DNA of 63,537 nucleotides, the filler included, from Folioceros fuciformis (lineage: Eukaryota), in the NCBI GenBank assembly GCA_049999805.1. It is 9 parts of 9 records of this genome, joined end to end, with 100 filler letters (N's around TTAATTAATTAA, not from the genome) between each part and the next. Parts side by side here need not be neighbours in the genome. Positions count along the whole stretch, not along the records: positions 35,724 to 41,387 come from JBNGIO010001604.1; positions 41,488 to 60,306 come from JBNGIO010001605.1; 7 more parts are not named here. The stretch is one strand, 5' to 3'. The position numbers were made by a program, and so were the translations under genes. Positions 37,537 through 49,975 of this stretch are shown in pieces (positions within the stretch are counted from its first letter, which is position 1; each line of letters starts with the position of its first letter). The notes beneath the pieces are model-generated. The model was not told where the DNA came from and did no database searches. It saw only the letters and a program-made list of their open reading frames with translations.

Positions 37537-39714
37537 GTAAACATGCACAAACTAGCATGTGACAACTCCCCATTCTTCTCCAGATTGTATGAAGTGAAGT
37601 ATTAGCATGTGCTGATTCGACTTTGTCAAACTCTTCAAATTTTGGTATGCTGTTAGCCAATTGTATTCAACCATGAGAAAAATGCTCATCAAATTTCCAT
37701 GGATGCCATCTTTCATTCAAGTATATGTTCATATATATCTTTTCCAACAAAGTTTTTCTTTCTTTTAAATACTCCTCTGTGTGTGGATTTTATAAATTCA
37801 TATATATATACATGTGCCCTGCATTCTACTTTTAATTTTCAAGAAAGGCTTCAAATGATTTGAGAAATGTATTTGACATAGGTCTTGTTATAACCTCAAA
37901 TGTGTATGATCCATTGTCTCTCATATATTTCTTTTATAACTATTTATAGTTTTATATAGTCATAATATGATTGAATTCAAAGCTAAATTTAGGCACCTCT
38001 TGTAAGAAATATAATATTAATATAATATTAATATCCAGATCTGAAATATAATCAGGTGAATATGAATGAGTCAGCCGTAAAAGGAAGATCACTCCTTAAA
38101 TATATAGACAGATATTTTAAGATGTACAAAGAGCTTATTTATAGGTAGACGGTAAATAAGCGGCGACTCAAACGTCAGTTAGGCTCGTCTACTTGCGCCC
38201 TGGTAGGATATTCCACACGTTTGGCTGGGTACGTTGATGCCCAGTTGCGCCGGGATGCTTGCAGGGCGTTGATCATCGGTTCTGCCTTGTTGGTTTGCCA
38301 AGGGTTGATGGACCCAAGGGTTCTCGTGCTGGAAAAGGCTGTTGTGATCTCTGAGAAGGGATTTTCTTGACGAGCGATTTGTGGCAGCTGAATTTAGTCC
38401 GCAACAGTGCGAGGACTAGAGCTTATGTAGCGTGCAAGTTCTACGGATTGCAAGCTTCTCATCCAGGCGGTGGCCACGTTGAGACTCACATCAGCATGGG
38501 ATGCTCCTTCCCAGCGGACCAGAGGCTTTTCAATTCCATGAACCCGGCTAACAAAAGGTGGTGCTGCAGCTGGTACACGTTTCTGTGTCGTCAACCCTAA
38601 GAAGGCTGCGGGCACAGCCAGCCACCGCTCTACGAAGAGCGTTCAAATGGTCGTAGAACAATGGTCGAAGCTATACTTGGAAAGCTGGTTGCAGCAGCTG
38701 GATTGTGGAGGATGGCGGGGAGGACGCATTTCTCATACCTCACCACCAACGTAATGGAGCAAAGCTTGAGAATCTGCCTGGACTAGGGCTCTCCCAGTGA
38801 GCTCTGTTCTAGAGGAATAGCAGAAGCTCAAGAAGTGTGAAGTACTGTACCATTCAGCACCTGCACGATTCATCCATCGCAGCGTTGTCGTGATGACTGC
38901 GTGAGAGAGCAACGGGGGCCTCTCGTACAGCAGAGCGCTTCGCAGCAGCAACCAACAGGCACTGTTTGAGCACATCATTGCGTGCCTACATCACGAGCAA
39001 TACCGGAGTGAGAGGGCTGAGGCTATGCAGCAGCGATGGAGAAAACACCGTCTACATGTCCCAAGGCTGACAAGTCTGCATCAGCTGCCTTCGCCACGGG
39101 AACTGCAAACATGAGCCTACCCTCAACAGTTACCCTCTTGTCATTCCCAAGTACTTTTGATGCTTGTCCACCGTTGCACGCATGTCACTTGTGGGCCTGG
39201 CATAGTTCTGCCTCTCTTTTGCACAGAGTCTACTGTCAGGTCAGAAAAGAAGGCTCTGGTTTGCCCTTGCAGACATTGCCAGCTGCTTCACCCATGGCCA
39301 CCTCCTGCCTCGTCACGCATCGACTGGGAAAGGCCTTCGTCACTTAGCTTGTAGAGTCACGTACATATTTCCAAAACTCAGTTCTCGTGCTGTCCCAAGC
39401 ACAAGAACGTCCAAAGGCTTTGGGCTCACTACCATGTTGCTCTGACTACCACAGGGTCTGTTGATCAGACACGAAACAAGAGAACTGCAAACATCGAAGG
39501 CCATTATGAGTCAGACACACTAGGTTCACACTCTTGTCATGAGACAGGAACGTAAGGTGAGTGATTCCCATTCGTTTTACACTGTAGTATCTAATCCTAT
39601 AAATATTAGCGGTGGTTCGTTTCTCTTTGTGAATGACATGTCTACCAACACGTCCCACCCGACCTTTATTCCTGGCCGAGCTGGGCTGTCGGTGTTTTGT
39701 CAAACAAACAAGCA

Positions 39715-40368
39715 GGGTACACGGATACGGATGCGGGGGCAAAACAGGCTAACGCACTGAGACGCAGCCCGCTGGACACTGAGCGAAGCTGCCTTGTTTC
39801 ATGGCTTGCCAAGGAAATTCATCAGTCCAAAGATCATGCAGTACTAGCCTCGCTCCGATTGTGGGCATTGCAGAAGGTTCTGGCAAGAGGTTCTGTGAGT
39901 CCAAAGAGAGGGAATCTTGATCACTTCTCTTCAGCTGGATGACGAGGAGAGCAGGGCCCACGTTTGAGCAGGAAGCCAGCAGTGCAGCCAAATAAGGAAG
40001 GCAGGAGACGGAGGAAATTCCTTTCGGTTGGAAATGGTATTGCAATGGTTACCGTTGAGTAGGATGGAAGACAACTCAAAGAAGCTGGATACAGTAATCC
40101 CATTCCTTGGGACCGCAAGAACCTGGATGTTATGCTAGCCAGGTTCAAATAGAGCAGGGCTGCTGGGCTTTGCAATGCCCAGGAGGCAGCACATGGTGAA
40201 GGTGAGAAAACTGTGCCGGTTACAAATTGTTGTAAGCATCGAGATGAACCTAGACATATGGGGGAGGCCAGCAGGCATGCGGTGTAGCACCATTTGTCGC
40301 GGTTTGACCAGGCTGGAAGTGGAATCCTGTCGTACTGCAAAGCATACAGTGTGGTAAAAATACAGTAC
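39715..40368 (+). pseudogene. Decayed coding exon of unknown origin
   Basis: One frame runs ~217 codons between an AG acceptor and a GTATGT donor, interrupted only by TGA 39940 and TAG 40060, 40150, 40285. Confidence 0.4.
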
Positions 40369-41487
40369 GTATGTAGGTGAGGTGGGCGGTGGATCGTACA
40401 CCAGATTACCAGAACAGGGCGGCCAGGAATGGCAAGTCGGGGCGTGACGGCTTCCCCGGGAAGTACAGTCTCACATGCAAGCTGGTCTAGTACAGCCAGG
40501 CTAATGAGAACCAATTTTAGGGCGGCCCGGCTGGGTTGGAGCCTGGGCCGTTTTAGGTCTGGGGCCTTGCGTGTAGGAGAAGGGAAAAAGCGTTGGCAGC
40601 TTGTGACTCGTTGCAACCAACTGAACAGGTAGTTGATGCCATCTCCATGCTGCAGAGAGCTCTCTGCTCTACGAAGCGTGGGGGGTAGGTTGTATGATTG
40701 CAGCACTATTGGGCCGGGCAGGGCAGTCGCTAGAGCCGGGTACTGTAAAGCATGCAGCTGTATGATTGATTGCCCACAGTTGCAGGTATCGACTTAGGAC
40801 AACCGCCTGGCGTAAAATCTTGGGCAAGTCGCGGTCACAGTAGTTTCACTGTTTCCATCACTGGCAACTCCTGCAAAGAAACGAGGGAGGGCCAATCAAG
40901 GAAGGCTTTATGATTGAGGCTTTGGCAAGGCAAGAGAGGGCCGGGCCGGGCAGGGCAATGCAAGGTTTCTGTAACCTACAGACACGCATAGGTACATACA
41001 TAGTTCTGTTTCTTATCATTTGGTTGGTACACATGTCCGGCACGGGACAATCCTATCCTGCATAAACACAAACCTCATCACCCCATGCTCCATCGGCGAC
41101 TGGTATGCTGCGATCACAAGCAAGCAAAGCAAGTTGTAACCCTAACCCCCGGAAGAGAGCGAATCAGAGGAAGTCCCTTGTCCTTGTGAAGGAAGGAAAG
41201 GCAACTGGGGAGCCTGCACACCTAGTCTGGAATCTTGGCAGGCATGCCTGCCCCGTGAATCACGCCATTCTTTTGTGTAACGAAAAAGGGCAGCAGAAAG
41301 GCAAGGCTCTCATGAAAAGGTGATGATTCAATCACAGAATGAGGGCAGGCTGTGGAAGCCATCACGGACATTGCAATAGGCGAAAGGNNNNNNNNNNNNN
41401 NNNNNNNNNNNNNNNNNNNNNNNNNNNNNNNTTAATTAATTAANNNNNNNNNNNNNNNNNNNNNNNNNNNNNNNNNNNNNNNNNNNN

Positions 41488-41687
41488 GCTGTGGACTGGT
41501 TCCTCACCACCGATGCAGGAGCGAAGAAATTTGGCTGCTTTCGCAGATTCGGAGGCGCCATCTTCGTGCTCGCAGACCAGGTCGCCGACGCATTGTTGAA
41601 CAGCCCGCTCCCAGCCTTCCCTGCGCCATCTTCCTCCTGCAGCGTCTTAGCCGAAGGAGGAGGCAGATCCCCATACAATCCTCCCAT
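41488..41687 (-). CDS. DRT111: DRT111/RSN2 (SPF45-like splicing factor), 5' fragment truncated by gap
   Basis: MGGLYGDLPPPS...WSASTKMAPPNLRK is the conserved N-terminus of plant SPF45/DRT111. Confidence 0.85.
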
Positions 41688-42487
41688 CCTCGCTACTGTC
41701 CCCTAAACAAAACAAATCCGATCACATTGCCGCCTTCCCGCCTCCCCTGCTGGATCCTGCTCCTTCCTGCCTTGCTTCCCCTTCTCCCAGCATAAGCCTG
41801 CTTTTCTTGCCCCAAGAACCTGCCGGCCATGTAACAAAATCCCTGGCATAACCTGCCCAAAAACCTTCACTGCTTCACGACCTGACCAACAAAATACAGC
41901 TACACCATGGCCGATCTCCTCTCCAAAGCAGCACCTCCTGCCACAGAAGCAAGGATGCTCGCGTCTCGCACGAATTTTTCGCCTTGGAGTCGATTCCTAG
42001 GGTTTGCTTGTGCTCGTATGCACATAGAGTTACGGTCTCACTGGAGCGACCCCTCCATCCGCCTAGCTGCTCTAATGGAAGAAGAAGAACAACTCTATTA
42101 GAGTAATAGTCTTGTGTCTACTGTCGTGGGTCAAAATGGACACGGATAAATTATATGCATAGGAACCTACCTGTTAATCATCCGTGCTCCCCTGGATGCT
42201 TTAGATGGAGTCTTAGCGGATGCCTTCGGTGGTTACTACTTACAGTGCATGCAACCATGCACAGGGTTTTAAAGTATTATAATAAAATTGAGTTAGCGTA
42301 GTAAGTTACTAAGCTAGCAAAGTTCAATGAGTTAACCAAGTTATCTACGCGGAGCCCCACGGCCGTGCTGCGTCCGGTACTCTGTCGGCAAGGTCGATTT
42401 GGTCTCCGAATGGGACTAGTCTCCGGGCTCAAGCATCAATGTGTTGCTATAGGATTGAAAATCAGTTAACTGCTTTGGTCGGCAAAC

Positions 42488-43583
42488 ATGACTTCCACCT
42501 TCGGAGCACGGATGCAGGAATTGGTGGAGAGGCGGCAACAGCAGCTCCATCAGCTCAAGGTGCCGAGTGCGAAATTTTGTCCTTCGAAAACCGTTGCCAA
42601 TTCGGAGAAAGTTCTGATCTCTGTTCAAGCAACAGGCAGAGAAGGAACTGCAGGGGCGCAAAATGGTTGAGCTCAAGCAAACAGTTAAGAGAGTGCGAGA
42701 CTTGCGATACGAGTGTCTTCTTCTGAAACAGGACATTGCATCGGTCAACAGCAAGACACTGGCTACTGAGCGTGAGATCAAAGAAGCGAGAGCGAGACTT
42801 GACTTAACTCTGGAACAAGAGCGGTACCCGGCCCTCCCTATGCATGGCGTTTATCCGCGATTCGGACTGAATTCCGAGGTGGACATCATAGAGAGAATTG
42901 TTTGCTTGCAGGGATTTGGACATTGAGATAGAAAGACTGGAGGTGATCAGAGCAGAAAACGTGGCTGTTTACAAGGCTAAACGGACAGAGATGGCAGAGT
43001 ACCACAAGAGAGTCCTCGCTCACTTTTCTGATGAGAAGCAAGAGATTGAAGATCTCAAGGCACAGATTGCGACGGTAATTGATGAGGTGCTGTGGAAGTG
43101 AGCAGTGTCATGAGCCTTACCAGTGCCTCCAGGTTAACGTGAAATGTAATTTGCAGTGGGAGACGCGACGGCAGGATGCAAGGGAGATGAACGAGACAGC
43201 TCGTCTGAGACAAGAAGAGAAAGCAGCAGTGTACAGGGCCAATGAAGAAGAAAAGGAGAGGCTAAAAGTACTCCTGCAGCAGAAAAGGGAGGAAACAGAG
43301 GCCCTCAGTAAGGAGTGTAAAGCCTTAGAGCTGCAAGTCTTTGAAGCCATCAGCCGCAAGAGGTAAGCATACCTTCCTGCAAGTGAACGCCGATGGTTTG
43401 CATGATTTGTCCAGTGTTTCAACCTTCCCTTGACCTCCAAAATCTAATGGCCTCCTCAGAGACAAGGAAAAGCCTGCGAGCCTTCTGTCAAGCAGTGACA
43501 AGATCTCCGGGGAATCACTGGAGGGACATCCATCGTTCTTCGTATCAGAGACCTTGTCAGCACATAATGAGGTCCCCTCGTGA
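42488..43583 (+). CDS. Uncharacterised coiled-coil protein; 5 exons
   Basis: Glu/Lys/Arg/Gln-rich heptad exons joined in frame by GT-AG introns (MTSTFGARMQELVERR...ELQVFEAISRKR...EVPS*). Confidence 0.7.
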
Positions 43584-44633
43584 ACACGAAGTGCATGTTT
43601 GCTGACATGCAAGCCCAAGGATAAAATTTACGACGGTGCCAAATCTTGTCGCATCCTGGAGCATGTGCTGAAGCCGTGACCGGCTACTCCTATACTGCCG
43701 CGTACTCCCGGTGGTCCCCATCCCCACAGGTCAGGACCGAACCCTAGGTCGTAAAAAAGCTGACTTCCACTAACTCCCTGCTCGTTCTGTCCTCTTGGTC
43801 GGTCGAGATGTCTTGGGCTAAGCGTCGTAAAGGTTTCAGGCCCACCACGGCGATGAGACATATGCACAGAATTCGCGTCGGAAATGGTACATCTCTGAAT
43901 GGCCCCCCGCCAAGGGCACAGGAACAAGGAGATTCCAGTTCAGGCGTGACTTCCCGGCTGGACAGAAATATTGCTACTGGAGTCGCGGCAAGTCGTCTCA
44001 CGGCTTCATTGATTGTACTTTACCTCCCTGCCCTTGAGCTGTGTGTCATATTAATGGAAACTTGATGGCCACATAATCCGTGACCCGTGCACTGTAATAG
44101 CACTGCAGACAAAATCCGGAAGGCGAAGAAGGCTGGAGAGGCAGAAGGCACGAGACAGCCTGCAGTGGGGCCATATGAGACAACGCTTTCTTCCTGGCTA
44201 AAAGGAGCTCTGCCTGCCCTGCCCCCATTTCCTCCACAAACAAATGCATTGTGGGATCCGTGGCCACGGTACTTACCACGCTAACATTCCCTGACCTGCG
44301 GCAGCAACTCCTTTCCTCAAGCCCCAGGCCGAAGCACACAGAGACAGGTATGTATAGTGGTCTCGTCCCACCTCCGCCACCGTATTGGTCGCTCAGAATC
44401 ACGGGCTTTTCCTCCCATCCACTGTCCGTCTCTTTAACGACCAGGTGCGACAAGCAGTTCACACAAACACAGTCTGTGTTGCTTGGGTATACTTAGATCT
44501 TCAGGTGCATGCCCTTGAGTCTTCCAGCTGTTGGCGGAAGCCAATCCTGCTCCAACTCCGTGAGTTTGAACATCTCTCTCTGCCCTACTCGGGCCCTGCG
44601 ATCAATGGACTGTAAGGAGAAGGCTGCTGCTAT

Positions 44634-46586
44634 ATGTGCCGCATGACGGAGGCTGGAGGAAGGGCAGGCGACAAACAAACAGTGCAAGCGGCTATGGCAA
44701 CGAAGACGGAACAGCAGGCGATCCCGGCAGTGCAGCGAGGCGGCATCAAGGGGGCCCCGTCCCTCGCCATCCTCCCGGGCTCCACTATCCTGGCCATCAT
44801 CTCCCTGATCCAGTCCCCCTCCGACAGGAACCGAGTCTCCCAGGTGTGCCGCGCCTTTCGTGTCTGCGAGAGGCAGAGCCGCACCACCCTCTGCCTTCGA
44901 GCGATCCGCAGCGACATCTGGTTCCTCCCGCTTTGCTTCTCCAACGTCACAGACCTGGACCTGACCGCCATCATCCTGCTCCCAAGCCAGGCCCCGTTCC
45001 ACCTCCACACCGCCGAGCTCCACCGCCTCAGCTGCGCCTTCCCCAACCTCACCAGCCTCCGCGTCCCCGCCGCGAGCGACGCCTGCACCCGAGCCATAGC
45101 CTCCCAGTGGCCCGCTCTCCGCAAGCTCGCCTTCTCCCGCAACCCGCTCCCCCCGGCCCTGCTCCCCCGCCTCCGCACCGTGTTGCGTCACTTCCGTCGC
45201 CTCCAGGTCCTGTCCTCCGACAACCTCCTGATCCCGTCCCTTGCCCAGGGATTCCCTCACCGTGGCTGCCCCGCCCTACGCGCCCTCAACCTCTCTTCCT
45301 TCCTGCTCACCCTGGACCAGGAACTCGCCTTCCTGGCTCTCAAGTGCCCCAACCTCGAGAGCCTCTGCCTCACCCTCCACCCCGGCCGCCTCACGGGCGC
45401 CGGCATCCTGGCCCTGGCCCGCGCCTGCCCCACCCTCGCCACCCTTTCCGTCTGCATCGTCCCCGGCACGGACAACCATGCCGCCATCCTCTCCGCGCTC
45501 GCCGCGGCCTGCGGCGAGCTCCCCTCCCTCTCCCTCGACCTCTCCATGGACCAGGTTCCCGCGCTCGCGTCCGGCCCCAGGATGGAGCGCGTGCAGGACA
45601 TGGCCATCGGACTCCGCTCCCTCGTCGTCCTCTCCACCGACGCGGGCATGGCCGGGGTGGCCGCCTGCCCTAACCTCGCAGAGCTCACCTTCGGGTCGTG
45701 CGAGGGGCTCCGCGACGACCACCTGGTCGCCATAGCCCGCTCCTGCAAGTCCCTCTGCACTCTCCGCATCCTTCACTGCCTGGGGATCACGGACCGGGGC
45801 CTGGCGCGGATGTCTCGGCTCTCCACGTCCCTCACATCCCTCTCCCTGTGCTACCTCCGGCCCCGGGTGAGTGCCATCCTCGCCGCCGTCCGCCCTCTAA
45901 GCTCCACTGTGACAGCGCTCCGGGTGATGGGAGACAGCGGGGTGGACAGCCTCGCGGGGCTGACCTCCTGGCCGGTGCTCGCGCGACTGGAGATAACCAT
46001 GGCGAAGGAGCTCCCGGCCGTGGTTCTCCTGCAGGAACCGTGGCTCGTTGGGTGTCCCAAGCTGCAGCACCTGGCGCTCATGTTCCAAAACTGGTGCCCG
46101 TCGTCGCTGCACTTCCTGCGAAACTGTCCCTCGCTCACCTCGATTGCGCTCTCTTTCTCCGAGAGCCGGAGCCGGCAGACGACGCTGGAGCATTTGCGGG
46201 ACATCGCGCTGCTGCCCAGGCTGCTGGCGCTGTCCGTACATGTGTGTTCACAGGAGTGGCTGTCGAGGGAGGCGGGGAGGTGGCTGGCCAGGTGCCCGCA
46301 ACTGAAGGCGCTGGACATGTATTGGGCGCCCCGGGATGATGCGGCGTTCAAGGGGCCCAAGGCTGGCTTGCAACCTTTCCTGTTGGAGCTCTTATCTCTC
46401 AAGACGTTACGGCATGTCCAGATCCCGTGTGCGACCAGCGACGAGGACGATGTCAAGGCTTTCTACAAGAGCATCAGGTTGCACACCGTGAGCTCTTTGC
46501 TAAAATGCGCGTATAATTTGAAGCTGCAGGCGCCCAGAGGGAAGAGCTCCAAACTCACGCTCGTAAGTTCCAGAATATTGCGGTGA
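44634..46586 (+). CDS. Intronless F-box/LRR protein, divergent MAX2-like
   Basis: 650-aa GC-rich ORF. F-box LPGSTILAIISLI..SDRNRVSQVCRAF, then ERQSRTTLCLR..SDIWFLPLCFSNVTDLDL, RLSCAFPNLTSL and QWPALR, collinear with recalled MAX2 (ERSTRSHLTIR..RDLSLVPDCFRSISHLDL; RLKFCFP; QWPRIR). Cys-containing LRRs. Confidence 0.8.
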   Translation: MCRMTEAGGRAGDKQTVQAAMATKTEQQAIPAVQRGGIKGAPSLAILPGSTILAIISLIQSPSDRNRVSQVCRAFRVCERQSRTTLCLRAIRSDIWFLPLCFSNVTDLDLTAIILLPSQAPFHLHTAELHRLSCAFPNLTSLRVPAASDACTRAIASQWPALRKLAFSRNPLPPALLPRLRTVLRHFRRLQVLSSDNLLIPSLAQGFPHRGCPALRALNLSSFLLTLDQELAFLALKCPNLESLCLTLHPGRLTGAGILALARACPTLATLSVCIVPGTDNHAAILSALAAACGELPSLSLDLSMDQVPALASGPRMERVQDMAIGLRSLVVLSTDAGMAGVAACPNLAELTFGSCEGLRDDHLVAIARSCKSLCTLRILHCLGITDRGLARMSRLSTSLTSLSLCYLRPRVSAILAAVRPLSSTVTALRVMGDSGVDSLAGLTSWPVLARLEITMAKELPAVVLLQEPWLVGCPKLQHLALMFQNWCPSSLHFLRNCPSLTSIALSFSESRSRQTTLEHLRDIALLPRLLALSVHVCSQEWLSREAGRWLARCPQLKALDMYWAPRDDAAFKGPKAGLQPFLLELLSLKTLRHVQIPCATSDEDDVKAFYKSIRLHTVSSLLKCAYNLKLQAPRGKSSKLTLVSSRILR

Positions 46587-46938
46587 ACAATCATGCGCTC
46601 TGCTTCGGCACATCACCAGTTCCTCTCCACTGCTCTCATCAACTGCCAGACAACAGGCATTCAAGACATTCTTTCTCCAAAATCCAGCCGTCCCAGTTCT
46701 TGGGCGAGTTCGGCAGGCGACGCTGATTCTTCCTTTTCCCTATGGCGGGGAGAGACGGTGCTCCTCCTTCGAGAAAACGAGAAACCGTTCGGCGGCCCGA
46801 CCAAAAAGATGGCATCCAAATGCGCTGCACCCAGTGGCAGCGTTTGAGGGTGCAGTTCCTTTCATCCCTCACGCAACCCAGCCCGGAGCAGCAGTTTGGA
46901 TGGCTCCTGCTGCAAGGTATCATTGTAGGAAGCAGCAC

Positions 46939-49592
46939 TTAGCTCTTGTTGTGCAGCATAGCGCGCACGCGGATCGGAAGCCCGTAAAGGCGAATGAAGC
47001 CCGCCGCATCAGCCTGGTTGTAGATCCCACTTCCTTCCTCGAATGAGGAGATGTCCTGGCTGTAGAGGCTGTAGGGACTCTCTCTGGTAGCCACTGAAGC
47101 TGAGCCTTTGTAGAGCTTCAGCTTGACGCTGCCTGTGGTTGTCTTCGTGATGTTCTCCATGAATGCATCGAGTGATTCTCTAAGAGGGTCGAACCATCTG
47201 CCTGCGTACACCAGCTCCGCGTACTTGATGGCCAGAGTGTCTTTTAGCTGCACCGTCTCCCTGTCCAGAGTCAGGGTTTCCAGTTCCCGGGCTGCCAGGG
47301 TGAGAATTGTGCCCCCTGGAGTCTCGTACACCCCCCGACTCTTCATGCCCACCAGCCTGTTTTCCACCATGTCTATGCGGCCGATTCCATGTCGCCCTCC
47401 GATTTCGTTAGCCTTGGCAAGGAGCTTGGCAGGGGACAGGTGTTCTCCGTTGATGGAGACTGGAACGCCTGCCTCAAGTCCGATCTCCACATATCTGATG
47501 GGAAGGGAAGGAAAGGGACACAAACCTTTTCAGCAAACATTCTGAGATAGAAGTGAGCGCAAGCAGATATGTCGAAGTCCGCAAACGCGCAACTGTTGAG
47601 CTTGCTTACTCTGGCTCATTAGGAGCGTCCTCCGGATCAACAGTCAGCACGTACATATCCTTATGGGGTTCGTTTGCAGGATCCTCCAGAATGTCACCCT
47701 ACGAAACTAGCAAACGTTACTGCCCAGAATCCGGAAGTTTCATTCAACTTGGAGCCAATGCAAGCAAACACCCGGCCATCAATTACCTCATGACTGATGT
47801 GCCACAAGTTTCGGTCCCTGCTGTAGATGGACTTCTTGGTTACTGGCACAGGCACGTTGAACTTCTTGGCATACTCGATGGCATCTTCCCTTCCTTTGAT
47901 GTCCCATTCCCGCCATGGAGCAACCACGTGCAGCTTCGGGTTCAGGGCGAAGAAGGTGAGCTCAAACCGCACCTAGCCGCACAAGGAGATAAACCCGATA
48001 GGAGAAGAGCGTTAAGGATGCAAAGGTCCATATATAAAGTTGACTATGCTAACAGGATTTGGGGTATTCACCAACCTGGTCATTCCCTTTCCCTGTACAT
48101 CCATGGGCAACAGCATCAGCCCCAACCTCCCTTGCTACATCCACCATAGCCTGCATGCAGACGAGATCACATCAACGTTATTCTTCAAGAATCCACCTTG
48201 TCAGCTCACCATGAACCATCACACTAACATTACATCGACAATGTAGACGATTACACCTTTGCAATGATAGGCCGGGCCATAGAAGTGCCAAGAAGGTACT
48301 TCCTCTCGTATACCGCTCCAGCTCGCAAGCAAGGGTAAATGTAGTCTTTGACAAATTCCTCCTGCAGATCATGAATCACCAGCTGGCTTGCGCCACTCGC
48401 TTTCGCTTTCGCTTCCAGACCATCTGTCTCCCCAACACCCTGTATTCGAGACATTCTCAGGGCGTAAGAAGTCCATGCAAACATTTCACAAGGCAGCAGC
48501 TCTATGCACAAATCCTGTAAATGTCACTGCAACCAAGTAAGCATAGAACGCCATGTAAGTATCTAGAAATGCACCCACGAACACACTTACTTGACCCACA
48601 TCAGCTGTAAAGCAAACCACCTCACAGCCATAGTTTTCCCTGATTAAGATTGCCATTGCTGTCAGAGAGCTTGTTGACAAATCGATCCTCGCAAAAAATA
48701 CACAGTAACTGACACAACAATGACAAGTACACGGGCTTAATCAGCCTCACCTCAGCCAAGGCACAATAACCGAAGTGTCCAGGCCACCACTGTACGCAAG
48801 AACAACTTTATTAAGCTTCCCTCGAATCCCTGCTGCTGCCTTGCTTGATGTCTGTTTCACATCGCCATCGGCAGCCAGCACTGCCCTAGTGCCTGGGAGA
48901 AGCGTAAAACCCACGGTTACATTAAGTCCATGATACGAAGTTAGCAAGCTGTCCATCCCAAAGTGTCAGGTCTGATGTCATATACTTTCTATATGTAAAC
49001 TCCAAAGTCCAAGTAGTCACCATATCCAGGAAACAAGGTACTCTATTTGTAAAACCCCGAAGTCCAAGGTCTTAAGAACTCATAAATATCTGAGCTATGG
49101 CGAACCCTATTGCACAAAGGCAAGTTCTCGAGTCTGTTTCCCGAGCTTCTTTCTACTCGCAAGGAAATATGAAACTCTGAAACTGCCCCACATATGCATG
49201 ATCCCGGAGGAGGAAAGACATACAAATACCTTGCACGGCAGTCTGCATCGCTTGCTTCGTTCCCCAGAGAGGCCAAACTTCGAGAGACTGGCCCCAGAAC
49301 TGCCCGAAAACAAAGCTCTGCTGGGTGGGCACAGGTACGTATACAATTAGCTCAGAATTGCAAGACTTTTAAGCATCGTATGCAGCCGACGCATTGACAG
49401 GCAATGAAACCAATCACGCATGCAACAGGCTTGGGAAAGCGGTAGCACAAGCGAGGCTGAGCGAGCGCGAAATTGGGTGGTAGGGAATACGAGTGAGTGA
49501 CGCCGAGAGGTAAAGCAGAGGGGGCCCCGAACATTGGCCTTCGCTCCAGCAAGGCCAGCATTGGCTCCCACACTGCCAGACAGAGCAGCCAT
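46939..49592 (-). CDS. ASS: Argininosuccinate synthase, plastidic; multi-exon
   Basis: [75 protein letters not shown]; transit-peptide first exon. Confidence 0.97.
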
Positions 49593-49975
49593 CTCGGCGG
49601 AGGCCTCGGGCAATCTGGAAGCGGACTTCACACTGTAGAGAGCGCAGCACAGATTGGGCGGGAGGGAAATGGAGTGTGCCAACGCGGCGTCGCTGCCGGG
49701 CAGTGCGGCGATTGATGACAAGCAAGCCCACGGACAGAGAACTAGAAATGTGGGTATTCCGACACTTATATAATCTCCCTGGTATCAGAACAGCACAAAG
49801 TGTTATCTCTTAAACCCAACAAAATCTCATCTCGTCTAGGGAAGCGGGGTAGATTCGTGCCACTCTCTCTTTCGTCACGGCTCGCCAGGCTTGGACCTGG
49901 CGCCTTTAAGGGCAGCGCTGCGTTACCCTGTTGTATTGCCGCCTCCTTATGCTCTAGGATGTGAGTGTTTCCGGC
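49593..49975. promoter_or_regulatory. Compact divergent promoter region between ASS and the next gene
   Basis: The two ATGs are ~380 bp apart head-to-head, with a TTATATAA palindrome near 49766-49773. Confidence 0.5.

Noticed and set aside
39921-40706. 261-aa minus-strand ORF
   Set aside because: No recognisable motifs; better explained as the antisense of the decayed plus-strand frame.
44493-46456. Many long overlapping ORFs around the F-box gene
   Set aside because: Expected from very high GC content; low-complexity shadows of the real CDS.
49780-49791. TGGTATCAGAAC resembling a tRNA-Met primer-binding site
   Set aside because: Mismatched, not preceded by an LTR end, and sits in a short promoter between two genes.
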